From NCBI GenBank assembly GCA_900315885.1, contig ONAT01000001.1, positions 10,988-74,987 of the forward strand: a DNA stretch of 64,000 nucleotides. Reading direction: 5' to 3'. Every line of letters begins with the position of its first letter. Position 1 is the first letter of the stretch. This DNA comes from an uncultured Erysipelotrichaceae bacterium. GTDB lineage: Bacteria; Bacillota_I; Bacilli_A; RFN20; CAG-826. Position numbers and translations under genes: made by a program. The notes beneath the pieces were generated by a model. That model saw only the letters and a list, made by a program, of their open reading frames with translations, made no database searches and was not told the DNA's origin. Positions 18,709 through 28,820 of the stretch are shown one piece after another.

Positions 18709-19895
18709 TTTTAGCATCAATTAGTATTGTTTCAATTTTGCTTTTTATTGTAAGTATCGGATTATTAGTAACAATTCATGAATTAGGTCACTTCTCAATG
18801 GCGAAACTTTTTAATGTTTATGTTAATGAGTTTTCAATTGGCTTTGGACCTCAATTGTTCCACAAGAAAAAAGGTGAAACCACTTATTCAATTCGTGCGA
18901 TTCCTTTAGGTGGCTATGTTTCTATGTTTGGTGAAGGAATTGAAATTGAAGATGGTTCAGTACCTCAAACACGTAGTTTAACAGGTATCAAGAAGTGGAA
19001 AAGAGCAATTATCATGGCAGCGGGTATTATTTTAAATTTTGTCCTTGGTTATGTATTGTTTTTCTCTAATAATGCGTTTTGTAATCAACGTGAACTAACA
19101 AATCAAGTAACAGTTATAGAAGAATCTCGTATTGCCAATGAAACAGATATTAAGACTGGAGACTACATTATACGTATTGAAAAAGATTGCTCTATTAACG
19201 GGGCAAATGCATGTAGTTCTTTGAAAAAATCAGATATTAGTTCCTCTAATCCAAGCGAATTATGGTCAAGTGAATATGGCTTTACTTATACATCAGAAAC
19301 TACTCCAAAAAGTAAAGATGACACGATGACTATTAAAATTACTTATGCAAGTGAAAAAGATAATACGATAAGTAGTAAAGTTGCAACTATAGTATTACAT
19401 CCTGTTTTAGATGAACAAGGCAATTTGAAATTAAATGAGAATAAACAAGCAGAGTGGGAAAAAATGGGCGTTTCATCATATTTCCGTCAATTCCGTTATA
19501 CATTTGGCGAAGCTGTTAGACAAACTAACAAAGACTTTGGTGAAAATACCGTTTTAATTTTTAAAACTTTAGGTGGCTTGTTTGTTGGTAAGAACTGGGA
19601 TCAAATCGGTGGACCAGTCGCAATTTTATCAACATCAAGTCAAGTCCTTGAAATGCATTATTTTGGACTTTATCTATATTTATGGGGCGCTCTATCGGTA
19701 AACTTAGCAATATTTAATTTATTGCCATTCCCTGGTTTAGATGGCTGGCATTTATTAGTTGTCGCAATCGAGGGCATTACACGAAAAGAAGTTCCAGAAA
19801 AGGTCAAGAGCGTTATGTCCGCGATAGGATTAGTGTTGCTCTTTGGCTTAATGATATTTGTTACAGGTAGAGATATAATTGGGTTATTTAAGTAG
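18705..19895 (+). CDS. rseP: Site-2 (RIP) zinc metalloprotease RseP/RasP
   Basis: HELGHF in TM1 and C-terminal NLLPFPGLDG motif. Confidence 0.9.
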   Translation: MILASISIVSILLFIVSIGLLVTIHELGHFSMAKLFNVYVNEFSIGFGPQLFHKKKGETTYSIRAIPLGGYVSMFGEGIEIEDGSVPQTRSLTGIKKWKRAIIMAAGIILNFVLGYVLFFSNNAFCNQRELTNQVTVIEESRIANETDIKTGDYIIRIEKDCSINGANACSSLKKSDISSSNPSELWSSEYGFTYTSETTPKSKDDTMTIKITYASEKDNTISSKVATIVLHPVLDEQGNLKLNENKQAEWEKMGVSSYFRQFRYTFGEAVRQTNKDFGENTVLIFKTLGGLFVGKNWDQIGGPVAILSTSSQVLEMHYFGLYLYLWGALSVNLAIFNLLPFPGLDGWHLLVVAIEGITRKEVPEKVKSVMSAIGLVLLFGLMIFVTGRDIIGLFK

Positions 19896-19912
19896 TATTG
19901 CAGGTGAAGTAA

Positions 19913-22900
19913 ATGGATCGAAGTGTTTTCGAAAGATTTTTAAGAAATATACATATTGAAAATGTCGATGATTATGACATGTCTTTTGATATGTGCGAAT
20001 GGTCACCACTTAGTACAAAAGAAAAAATATTAGAGATGGTTATCCGTAAGGATATTCCTTGGGATTATAACCGTCTAATGACTTTCTTATATTGCTTAAC
20101 AACCATAACAACATATAAATATCACATTATTTATAAATATAATACAATGCCTACAAATGATGACGTTTATCACTTGTTTAGTGATTGGTATTATGCAAAT
20201 AACAATATTGCGTTTTTAGATGACTATCATTTTGAAAAAAACAAATTAGTTATTGAATCTAATAACGCTGATGAACTTGCTAATAAAGTTAAAGATTTCA
20301 ATAATATTTTAAATACTATTAATTATGATTATGAAGTCGTAGTTTTTGCTTCAACTATTCATCAAGATATAGAAGAAAAAACTGAAGATGTTGAGGAAGT
20401 TGAAGAAGATGATGAAGATGACTACATTGATGAAGATGAATTTTTAAAAGAAGATTATGAGCAAAAAGAGAATGAAAGAATTGAGGCTGCAGATAATGCT
20501 TTAGATAATTATGAGCCTTTTAAAGAAAGTAGCAAATTTAATAAATTCTCGTATATTCATATTAAAATTGCTTCAATCGATACAAATTCCGAAAATGTTG
20601 ATTTTGATGGAAAAATATTTAACACTACTTCAACCACTACCAAAAAAGGTAAGATGCTTGCAACATTTGGAATTGTGGATGAAACAGGAGCAATTCATGT
20701 TAAAGTTTTTGAAAGCAAAGTATTAAATGTTGAAAAACTAAAGTCACTAAAACCAGGTATGAATGTTAGAATACGCGGTAATGCATCATATGATATATTC
20801 TCGAAAGAATTAGTGGTTATGGCTCGATTCATTGATATTTTACCAGATGATGAACCACGTGTTGATGACGAAGAAAATAAAAGAGTAGAACTTCATTTAC
20901 ACACTAAAATGTCCACCATGGATGGTGTAACTGATATGAAAGATTACATTGCCTTAGCTAAACAATTAGGGCATAAGGCTATTGCGGTTACAGACCATGG
21001 AGTCGTTCAAGCATTCCCAGAAGCTCAAAATGTAGGTAAAAAATTAGGCGTTAAAATTCTTTATGGATGTGAACTTTATGTTGTGGATGATGAAGTAAAT
21101 GCGATAAGAAATCCTTGCAACCGTGAACTGTCGAGTGCTGAATATGTTGTATTCGATTTTGAAACCACAGGATTATCGGCAAAATATGATGACATTATTG
21201 AGTTTGGTGCCGTTAAATTTATTCACGGTATCGTAACTGAACATATTGATTTATTTGTAAAAGTTAATAGAAAATTATCAAAGAAGATTAGTGAACTTAC
21301 TGGTATTACTGATGATATGCTAAAAGATGGATTAAGTTTAATTGAAGCAGTTCACAAAATGCGTGAATTTATTGGCAATGCTATCTTAGTTTCACATAAC
21401 GCAGACTTCGATATTGGATTTTTAAATGAAGCATGTCGCAAAGTTGGCGAAAAGCCATTTACAAATCCAGTTGTTGATACACTTGCTTTAGCAAGATATA
21501 TATTTCCTGAGTCTCGTAACCATCGTTTAGGTACTTTGTGTCGTAATATGGATGTTATTTATAACGAAGATGAAGCTCACCGTGCGGATTACGACGCAAG
21601 TGTTACAAATGATGTATGGCAAGCAATGATTGCTTTGCTTACTAAAAATAATCCACACATGACACATGCGGACTTAGGAGACCTTAAGTTAGAGGAAAAA
21701 CACTATAAACATTTAAGACCTTTCCACGTTGTGGCGTTAGTAAAAGATGCGGAAGGGATGAAAGATTTATTTAAACTAGTTTCATATTCACATATCAAAT
21801 ATTTTGCTAATGTACCGAAAGTACCACGAAGTGTTTTAATAGAACATCGTAAACATTTACTTTTAGGTAGTGCTTGTTTTAATGGCGAAGTCTTTGATAC
21901 TGCTCGTACTAGAACAAAAGATGTTTTAAAAAGAGTGGTTTCATTTTATGACTACATTGAAATTCAACCAGATGCCAATTACTCATATTTAATCAATATG
22001 GGTGATATTGAAGATGTGGAACAATGTCATACTTTTGTACGTGATATTATTGCCGCAAGCAAAGAACAAAACAAATTAGTTGTAGCAACTGGCGATGTTC
22101 ATTACCTAAATCCAGAGCAAAAGAAATATCGTGATGTATTTATTAGTGCAAAAGCAATTGGTAATATCAATCACCCATTGATGCCATATTCACGTGAAAA
22201 TATGGATTATTTTGAAAATCCAGATCAACATTATCGTACTACTAGAGAAATGCTTGATGCTTTTGAGTATTTAGGTAAAGATTTAGCGTATGAAATTGTT
22301 GTCACTAATACAAATATTATTGCTGATTCAATTGAGAGTTTAAACCCAATAAAAGATAAACTTTATACACCTACAATTGAAAACTGTGCAAATATGTTAA
22401 AAGAAATGTGTTTTGAAACTGCACATAAAATGTATGGTAAGCAATTACCTGCAATTGTTGAAGACCGTTTAACAAAAGAACTTAATGGTATTATTAAGGG
22501 CGGATATTCCGTTATTTACTATATTGCTCATAAAATTATTAAAAAAGCCAATGAAGATGGTTACATGGTAGGTTCGCGTGGATCTGTTGGTTCATCGTTT
22601 GTTGCGACCATGGCAAATATTACAGAAGTTAATCCGTTACCGCCACATTATTATTGTCCGCATTGTCAACATAGTGAATTTGAAGGTTTACCAAAAGTTT
22701 CTTCTGGTTTTGATTTACCAGAAAAGAACTGCCCAATATGTGGCACAAAGATGGTACATGATGGTCAAAATATTCCATTTGCTACTTTCTTAGGATTTAA
22801 CGCTGATAAAGTTCCAGATATTGACTTGAACTTCCCAGGTGATTACCAACCACGTGCGCACTTATATACCAAAGAATTATTGGGCGCTGATAACGTATTT

Positions 22901-24277
22901 AAAGCTGGCACTATTGAAACAGTCGCTGAAAAGAATGCGTATGGTTACGCTAAAGGATATTTTGAACGTATTGGACCAAAGATTGGTAAGAATTTAGATA
23001 AGATTAGCAAAGCGGAAATTGAATATTTAGCTGCGGGATGTATTGGTGTTAAAAGAACAACTGGTCAACACCCAGGTGGAATTGTTGTTATTCCTACCGA
23101 ATTTGAGGTTTATGACTTTACACCAATTCAATACCCTGCTGATGATAAAGAAGCAGCTTGGAAGACTACACACTTTGACTTCCACGCTATTCACGATAAT
23201 GTATTAAAACTTGACTTACTAGGACATGTTGACCCTATGGCGTTAAAAGCATTGTCGGATATTACGGGTATCGATGTTAAAACTATTCCTATTAATGACC
23301 CAGAAACATTATTATTATTCTCTTCTAGAGAACCATTAAAATGCCATTCTAATTACTTAAATGAATCCACTGGTGCTTTAGGTATTCCAGAATTTGGTAC
23401 GAATTTAGGAAGAGAAATGTTAAAGGAAACTAATCCAAAATTATTCTCGGACTTATTAATTTTGTCTGGTTTATCACATGGTACTGGTGTTTGGGCTGGA
23501 AACGCACAAGAATTAATTCGTAACGGAACTTGTACTTTACGTGAAGTTATTGGATGTCGTGATGATATTATGACTTATTTATCCGCGCATGGCGTTGAGC
23601 CATTAACGGCATTTAAGATTATGGAAGATGTCCGTAAAGGAAGAAAAGTTAATAAAGAGTACGAAGCCATTATGAAACAGAATAATATTCCACAATATTA
23701 TATTGATTCATGTAACAAGATTCAATACATGTTCCCAAAAGCTCATGCGACCGCATATGTTATGATGGCTATTCGTGTTGCCTGGTTTAAGGTTCATATG
23801 CCACTAGAATATTACGCAGTATTCCTTTCTGTTCGTTGTAAGCAATTTGAACTTGAAACTATGTTAAAAGGTGAAAAAGCAATTATTGCTAGATTAGATG
23901 AAATCAAACAAAAAGGATTCAATTCTTCACAAAAAGAAGAAGATATATCTAAGACTTTAACAATTTGTCTTGAAATGGCGGAACGTGGTTACAAGTTTGA
24001 AAATATTGATTTATATAAATCAGATGCAACACATTTTGTTGTTAACCATGAAGATAAGACACTAATTCCTCCATTTGTTACAATTGATGGACTTGGTGAT
24101 GCTGCCGCAATATCAGTGATTGAAGCTCGAAAAAACGGCAAATTTATATCTAAAGAAGATTTGTTAGAGCGTACAAGATTATCACAAACCCATGTGGCAA
24201 AGTTAGAGGAATTAGGCGCTTTAAAAGGTTTAGCTGAAACAAATCAAATGGACTTGTTCTCATTCTTTAATATATAA
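19913..24277 (+). CDS. polC: DNA polymerase III PolC-type (alpha subunit with internal 3'-5' exonuclease)
   Basis: 1454 aa with PHP (ELHLHTKMSTMDG), DEDD exonuclease (VVFDFETTGL ... HNADFDIGFL ... HRADYDA), a Zn finger CPHC...CPIC, and the polymerase core. Confidence 0.97.
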   Translation: MDRSVFERFLRNIHIENVDDYDMSFDMCEWSPLSTKEKILEMVIRKDIPWDYNRLMTFLYCLTTITTYKYHIIYKYNTMPTNDDVYHLFSDWYYANNNIAFLDDYHFEKNKLVIESNNADELANKVKDFNNILNTINYDYEVVVFASTIHQDIEEKTEDVEEVEEDDEDDYIDEDEFLKEDYEQKENERIEAADNALDNYEPFKESSKFNKFSYIHIKIASIDTNSENVDFDGKIFNTTSTTTKKGKMLATFGIVDETGAIHVKVFESKVLNVEKLKSLKPGMNVRIRGNASYDIFSKELVVMARFIDILPDDEPRVDDEENKRVELHLHTKMSTMDGVTDMKDYIALAKQLGHKAIAVTDHGVVQAFPEAQNVGKKLGVKILYGCELYVVDDEVNAIRNPCNRELSSAEYVVFDFETTGLSAKYDDIIEFGAVKFIHGIVTEHIDLFVKVNRKLSKKISELTGITDDMLKDGLSLIEAVHKMREFIGNAILVSHNADFDIGFLNEACRKVGEKPFTNPVVDTLALARYIFPESRNHRLGTLCRNMDVIYNEDEAHRADYDASVTNDVWQAMIALLTKNNPHMTHADLGDLKLEEKHYKHLRPFHVVALVKDAEGMKDLFKLVSYSHIKYFANVPKVPRSVLIEHRKHLLLGSACFNGEVFDTARTRTKDVLKRVVSFYDYIEIQPDANYSYLINMGDIEDVEQCHTFVRDIIAASKEQNKLVVATGDVHYLNPEQKKYRDVFISAKAIGNINHPLMPYSRENMDYFENPDQHYRTTREMLDAFEYLGKDLAYEIVVTNTNIIADSIESLNPIKDKLYTPTIENCANMLKEMCFETAHKMYGKQLPAIVEDRLTKELNGIIKGGYSVIYYIAHKIIKKANEDGYMVGSRGSVGSSFVATMANITEVNPLPPHYYCPHCQHSEFEGLPKVSSGFDLPEKNCPICGTKMVHDGQNIPFATFLGFNADKVPDIDLNFPGDYQPRAHLYTKELLGADNVFKAGTIETVAEKNAYGYAKGYFERIGPKIGKNLDKISKAEIEYLAAGCIGVKRTTGQHPGGIVVIPTEFEVYDFTPIQYPADDKEAAWKTTHFDFHAIHDNVLKLDLLGHVDPMALKALSDITGIDVKTIPINDPETLLLFSSREPLKCHSNYLNESTGALGIPEFGTNLGREMLKETNPKLFSDLLILSGLSHGTGVWAGNAQELIRNGTCTLREVIGCRDDIMTYLSAHGVEPLTAFKIMEDVRKGRKVNKEYEAIMKQNNIPQYYIDSCNKIQYMFPKAHATAYVMMAIRVAWFKVHMPLEYYAVFLSVRCKQFELETMLKGEKAIIARLDEIKQKGFNSSQKEEDISKTLTICLEMAERGYKFENIDLYKSDATHFVVNHEDKTLIPPFVTIDGLGDAAAISVIEARKNGKFISKEDLLERTRLSQTHVAKLEELGALKGLAETNQMDLFSFFNI

Positions 24278-24312
24278 TAATCATTAGCCCATATTTATAT
24301 ATGGGCATAAAT

Positions 24313-24388
24313 CGGGACGTGGCACAGTTGGTAGCGCGCTTGCTTCGGGAGCAAGAGGTCGTGAGTTCGATTCTCACCGTTCCGACCA
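24313..24388 (+). tRNA. tRNA-Pro (anticodon CGG) with encoded CCA
   Basis: Folded by hand: acceptor CGGGACG/CGTTCCG, anticodon stem CTTGC/GCAAG with loop TTCGGGA, T-arm GTGAG-TTCGATT-CTCAC, then discriminator A and CCA. Confidence 0.9.
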
Positions 24389-24448
24389 GTATAAAAACAG
24401 TAATATTACTAATAAAATATGCGTTGTAAATCATATCTGAAGGAAATA

Positions 24449-24477
24449 TTGCTTCTCTATAACAATATCTCTATACT
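24449..24477 (+). promoter_or_regulatory. SigmaA-type promoter for the 24501 cluster
   Basis: TTGCTT-17 nt-TATACT. Confidence 0.5.
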
Positions 24478-24500
24478 ACATATCTTACGAGGGGAAAACG

Positions 24501-24911
24501 ATGAAAAAGATTGTTAATGGTTTAATGCTTATAGCGATGTTTGTCTTAGAATTATTACCAAAATCACTTGTTTTATATTTTTCAAGCGAGGATCAAAACG
24601 GGAACATAATACTAAAGCCTACTTATACGTCATACTTTGATATGCTTCCTTGTGGATACGCAGATTTCTTGCCGCTTATCATCGGGATTTTCACTGGTGT
24701 TTGTATAATAATGCTAATCTATAGTTTCTTTAAACCTAATAAAAAAGTCGAAGGCTTAGTATGTTATTTTGAAATTGCAATAGTGATAATGACTTTAGTT
24801 CGTGTCATTTTAGGTATGGGAATGACATGGATGGGATATGTTATTATGGCATTAGCGTTGTTATCGTCGATTATGTATATTTTTGATGAAAAACAGTTAG
24901 TTAATAAATAA
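24501..24911 (+). CDS. Hypothetical integral membrane protein (about 4 TM segments)
   Basis: 136-aa hydrophobic ORF with a GAGGGGA SD. No family recognised. Confidence 0.65.
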   Translation: MKKIVNGLMLIAMFVLELLPKSLVLYFSSEDQNGNIILKPTYTSYFDMLPCGYADFLPLIIGIFTGVCIIMLIYSFFKPNKKVEGLVCYFEIAIVIMTLVRVILGMGMTWMGYVIMALALLSSIMYIFDEKQLVNK

Positions 24912-24972
24912 TACACATTGTTATTCGAATATGGTAATATTTGAGTGTAAGTTAATTTTAGGGGTGAACTAA

Positions 24973-26733
24973 ATGATAAGTCCAGTTGATTTGTTAAATC
25001 CGAGAAAGGCGTATGAACTTCAATTAAAAGAAGATCATCATAAGAATGCGAGTGACTTTTTCGATGAATTAGCTAAAAAATCCAATATAAATATTGAAGA
25101 AAACAGAGCTACAGTTAAGAATTATTATAAAACACAAAAAGATTTAGAAAATTCAAAATCACAAAGAGAAAAAAAGAGAGTGTTGAAGACATTCCTATAT
25201 ATTCTTGCTGTTTTGCTAATTATTTTAGCAGTGGTAATGTTCTTACTTATGTTTACTAATGATGATAATTTTGCAGTTAAAATCATTATTGCTTGTGTTA
25301 GTTTGCCACTAGCGTTTCTCATTATTTATTTAACTAAGAAGAAGATTAATCCACAGATTAAAGAATTTGACACTATAATTGAAAAAATAGAAAAAAATGC
25401 TGGAGAACTCTTAAAGACAGCATATGAACAAATGTCAGGATTAAACAATAGCTATGACTGGGGAATGTGTGCAAGACTTGTTACTAAAACGTGTCCGTTA
25501 ATTGAACTTGATGAAAACTTTCAACCTAGTAAAGCTGAGTTCTTGCGTGAAAGATTTGGTTTTAGTGAATATGAATCATCAGAAACCACTGCTTCAACGT
25601 GTTTCGTTCAATCAGGATCTATCTTAGGAAATCCATTCGTATTCCAAAAAGTTTATATTCAAGGAATGGTCGATACAACATATTCAAATTCTATTGTTAT
25701 TACTTGGACAGAATATCAAACCGTTAATGGCAAAAGACAAGCTGTAACGCGTTCTCAAACACTTACTGCTTATGTGACTAGACCTGCTCCTAATTATTAT
25801 TATGAAACTTGGTTAATATATGGAAACGATGCAGCGCCTAAATTGTCTTTTTCACGTAAACCATCAAACGCTAATAACATGGATGAAAAAGAAATTGAAA
25901 GATATGTAAAGCAATCAGAAAAGACTTTAGATAAGATGGTTCGTGAAGATATCGGTGATAAAGCTGGCTCACAATTTACGGCTTTATCAAATATTAAATT
26001 TGAAGCACTATTTAGAGCGTTTAACCGTGATAATGAAGTTGAGTTTAGATTATTATTTACACCACTTGCCCAACAAAGTATGATTAATCTCATTACTACT
26101 AAAGAGCCATATGGTGATGACTTCGTTTTTGTGAAGAAGAAAAAAGTTAACTTTATTAAAACTGAACATGGACAAAAACATGATATTACAGCTGCGCCAA
26201 CCAACTTTACACACTTTGATTACGAGTATGCTAAAAAGCACTTCGTTGATTTTAACGATGAATATTTCAAGAGTATGTTCTTTGATTTTGCACCACTCTT
26301 AAGTATTCCACTTTATCAACAACATAAAACTCCAGAATACATCTATAAAGATACTTACCGCAGTAACACTACAATGTTTGAACAAGAGACATTAGCTAAC
26401 GCATTTGATCACAGTGTGTTTGCGCATCCTGATTCAGATACTGATGTTATCTTAAAAGCTGGTAACGTTGTTAAAGAAGGCAAAAAAGACATTGTTTCTA
26501 TTTCAGCTCATTCATTCCAAAAGATTGAAAAAATTGAAAATGTAAGCAAATTAGGCGGAGATGGAAGATGGCATACAATCCCAGTTACGTATTATGAATT
26601 TGAACCACTAGAACAAGTTACAGAAATTGTGACAGAAAATGTAAATGATAGTTCGCAAAATGATTCTATTGGTGCTATAATAAAACAAAGAGGATTACTA
26701 GCGTATATTCGTGATTCTCTCAACAATAATTAG
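24973..26733 (+). CDS. Hypothetical 586-aa membrane-anchored protein (two adjacent TM helices near residues 73-120, large C-terminal domain)
   Basis: Long ORF with a GGGGTGA SD and coherent codon usage. No family recognised by eye. Confidence 0.75.
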   Translation: MISPVDLLNPRKAYELQLKEDHHKNASDFFDELAKKSNINIEENRATVKNYYKTQKDLENSKSQREKKRVLKTFLYILAVLLIILAVVMFLLMFTNDDNFAVKIIIACVSLPLAFLIIYLTKKKINPQIKEFDTIIEKIEKNAGELLKTAYEQMSGLNNSYDWGMCARLVTKTCPLIELDENFQPSKAEFLRERFGFSEYESSETTASTCFVQSGSILGNPFVFQKVYIQGMVDTTYSNSIVITWTEYQTVNGKRQAVTRSQTLTAYVTRPAPNYYYETWLIYGNDAAPKLSFSRKPSNANNMDEKEIERYVKQSEKTLDKMVREDIGDKAGSQFTALSNIKFEALFRAFNRDNEVEFRLLFTPLAQQSMINLITTKEPYGDDFVFVKKKKVNFIKTEHGQKHDITAAPTNFTHFDYEYAKKHFVDFNDEYFKSMFFDFAPLLSIPLYQQHKTPEYIYKDTYRSNTTMFEQETLANAFDHSVFAHPDSDTDVILKAGNVVKEGKKDIVSISAHSFQKIEKIENVSKLGGDGRWHTIPVTYYEFEPLEQVTEIVTENVNDSSQNDSIGAIIKQRGLLAYIRDSLNNN

Positions 26734-26752
26734 ACCAAAGGAGGAAATGTAA

Positions 26753-27415
26753 ATGGCTAATGAATTAGACGAAATGACAGGCCCAGTCAATAAAGAGGGT
26801 AGAGACGTTAATGTTATTGAAAAACAAATCCCCGTTAAAGTTGGTGTTGGTTCCACGATATTTGAAATTTTTCTTTGGTTCCCATTAATTATTCCAGGAA
26901 TTATCTTCTTATTTAAGAAAATACACGCTAAAGAATATTTAGATAAGTTACAACAAAAAATCCAACACGATGCTTCACAAATCGATAACTATTTAGAACA
27001 AAGAGTTGTTATCTTAACAAACGTTGCAAAACTTTTAGAAAAAGCTGTAGATTTAGACAAATCAACATTTAAAGACATCGCTGCTTACCGTGCAGGTGTC
27101 AATCCAAATGCTGACTTAAACGCTACTGCAACACAAGTTGATAATATGAATGCAAAAATCAATGTTGCGGTTGAAAAATATCCTGAATTACAAGCTCATA
27201 AAGAAATCGCTGATGCAATGCAACAAAACGCATACTTACAACGTGAAATTACAGCGGCTAGAGAAGTTTATAACGACACAATTAGACAATGGAACTCTGA
27301 CATCATGGATTGGCCAACAAAGAAAATTGTTGCAGCTAAGAATGGTTATACAACAAGAATTCCTTTCTCAACATCTAAAGAAATTAAAGATAAAGCAAGA
27401 GAAGTATTATTTTAA
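26753..27415 (+). CDS. LemA family protein
   Basis: One TM segment followed by LemA-like helices (QIDNYLEQRVVILTNVAKLL...KYPELQAHKEIADAMQQ...REITAAREVYNDTIRQWN). AAAGGAGG SD. Confidence 0.8.
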   Translation: MANELDEMTGPVNKEGRDVNVIEKQIPVKVGVGSTIFEIFLWFPLIIPGIIFLFKKIHAKEYLDKLQQKIQHDASQIDNYLEQRVVILTNVAKLLEKAVDLDKSTFKDIAAYRAGVNPNADLNATATQVDNMNAKINVAVEKYPELQAHKEIADAMQQNAYLQREITAAREVYNDTIRQWNSDIMDWPTKKIVAAKNGYTTRIPFSTSKEIKDKAREVLF

Positions 27416-27420
27416 TAACT

Positions 27421-27447
27421 AAAGACCAACTATGTTGGTCTTTTTTC
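27421..27447 (+). terminator. LemA-cluster terminator
   Basis: AAAGACCAAC-TATG-GTTGGTCTTT plus T-run. Confidence 0.85.
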
Positions 27448-27484
27448 ATGCTTGTTTTTATGCTATTATTTATTCAAGGTGATA

Positions 27485-28765
27485 ATGATGAATAAGATTT
27501 TTAAAAACGAATCTAGTTTATTTGGAAAAATAGAAAAATTATTTTGGACATTATATTCAAAAGAATCATTTCGCTTTTTAATCGCTGGTGGTATTAATAC
27601 AGTTTTAGGTATGGTTGGAGCTATGCTTATGCGTGCACTTTTTGTTAGTTTGAATTGGAATGCAAAAATAGAAATTCCAGTTAATTTTCCATTGCCTAAT
27701 TGGGACATACCTTATTTAATTGTTTTCGTTTTATTATTACCAGTTGCTTATACATTTCAAGCTTTAATCGCCTTCCAAACCAAATGGAGTTTGAAACGTA
27801 TGTTAGTTTATCCAGTAAGTTCTATTCCTAACTTTATTTGCCAAGAATTATTTATTTGGCTATTTGAAGGTGTCATTGGATTATCTGCGAACTGGTCATA
27901 TTTCCTTTCACCAATATGTTCGTTACCAATTATGTTCTTTATTATACGTTTTCTTGTTAAACCAAAGAAAAAACCGATGGAGCGCTTAAATGAAATTACA
28001 AGTATTTTTTGCGATATAGATGGAACATTAGTGAATTCTAAATCTCGTTTAGATGAAGAAACAATTACGTCGGTAAAACGCATTAAAGATAATAAAAACT
28101 TTTTCCTTGTAAGTGGAAGAAATTTTGGTGGTATGAAAAAAATTTACGATCAATTAGATCTCGATACTATATTAATATGTAGTAATGGAGCGCTCATAAC
28201 TGACGCAAATAAGAATGTTATAAAATCATACCCATTACCAAAGCAAATTGCGTATGATATCTTTGAAGAATTTAAAGAAAGTGAATATTCCGTTTCTGTT
28301 TTTGATGAATTTAATTGGTATGTAAATAAACGTAATAATTATACAAAAATAGAAGAAAACATTGTTGAAATGGAAGCAACAGAAATTGATGATGCAAAAA
28401 AATTAAATAGCATTATTAAAGTTATGTTTATTGCCGATGAAGCAATTATAGAAAAATTATATCCAGCTTTAAAGCAAAAATATAAAGAAGTTTTAGTAAA
28501 GAGAAGTAAACCCACTTTTATTGAAATATCAAGTAAAGATATTGATAAAGGTATAGCTATACATGTTTTGAAAAAAATATTAGGACTAAAAAAGAAAAAT
28601 TGTATGAGTTTTGGGGATTCTATTATAGATATTCCAATGTTTAGAGAATGCTCTATTAATGTTTTAATGGCGAATGCGAATGATAACATCAAAGCAAAAG
28701 CGGATATTATTGCTGAATCAAATGATAATCACGGCGTAAAAAATATATTAGATAAATTAAATTGA
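27485..28765 (+). CDS. Fusion protein: GtrA-like 4-TM domain plus Cof-type HAD phosphatase
   Basis: N-terminal FRFLIAGGINTVLG (GtrA family). C-terminal FCDIDGTLV, VSGRN and FGDSIIDIPMF (HAD IIB). ATG follows AAGGTGA. Confidence 0.75.
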   Translation: MMNKIFKNESSLFGKIEKLFWTLYSKESFRFLIAGGINTVLGMVGAMLMRALFVSLNWNAKIEIPVNFPLPNWDIPYLIVFVLLLPVAYTFQALIAFQTKWSLKRMLVYPVSSIPNFICQELFIWLFEGVIGLSANWSYFLSPICSLPIMFFIIRFLVKPKKKPMERLNEITSIFCDIDGTLVNSKSRLDEETITSVKRIKDNKNFFLVSGRNFGGMKKIYDQLDLDTILICSNGALITDANKNVIKSYPLPKQIAYDIFEEFKESEYSVSVFDEFNWYVNKRNNYTKIEENIVEMEATEIDDAKKLNSIIKVMFIADEAIIEKLYPALKQKYKEVLVKRSKPTFIEISSKDIDKGIAIHVLKKILGLKKKNCMSFGDSIIDIPMFRECSINVLMANANDNIKAKADIIAESNDNHGVKNILDKLN

Positions 28766-28820
28766 GACAAAATTTTAGATAAATGATGTTATAATTAAAA
28801 TGCAAAAAGGAGGAAAAAAT

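Noticed and set aside
20380-20470. GAAGA/GATGA-rich repetitive stretch in polC.
   Set aside because: It encodes an acidic low-complexity linker (EDVEEVEEDDEDDYIDEDE) within an intact ORF. It is not a tandem repeat element or a CRISPR-like array.
22185-22205. parS-like core TTCACGTGAA inside polC. Similar CACGTG cores occur at about 43216 and 57850.
   Set aside because: Only the central 10 nt match. The outer positions of the 16-mer TGTTNCACGTGAAACA are mismatched at 4-5 positions.
24286-24306. Hairpin AGCCCATAT-TTAT-ATATGGGC between polC and tRNA-Pro, considered as a terminator.
   Set aside because: No U-tract follows it. It may be a processing or structural hairpin, but it cannot be called an intrinsic terminator.
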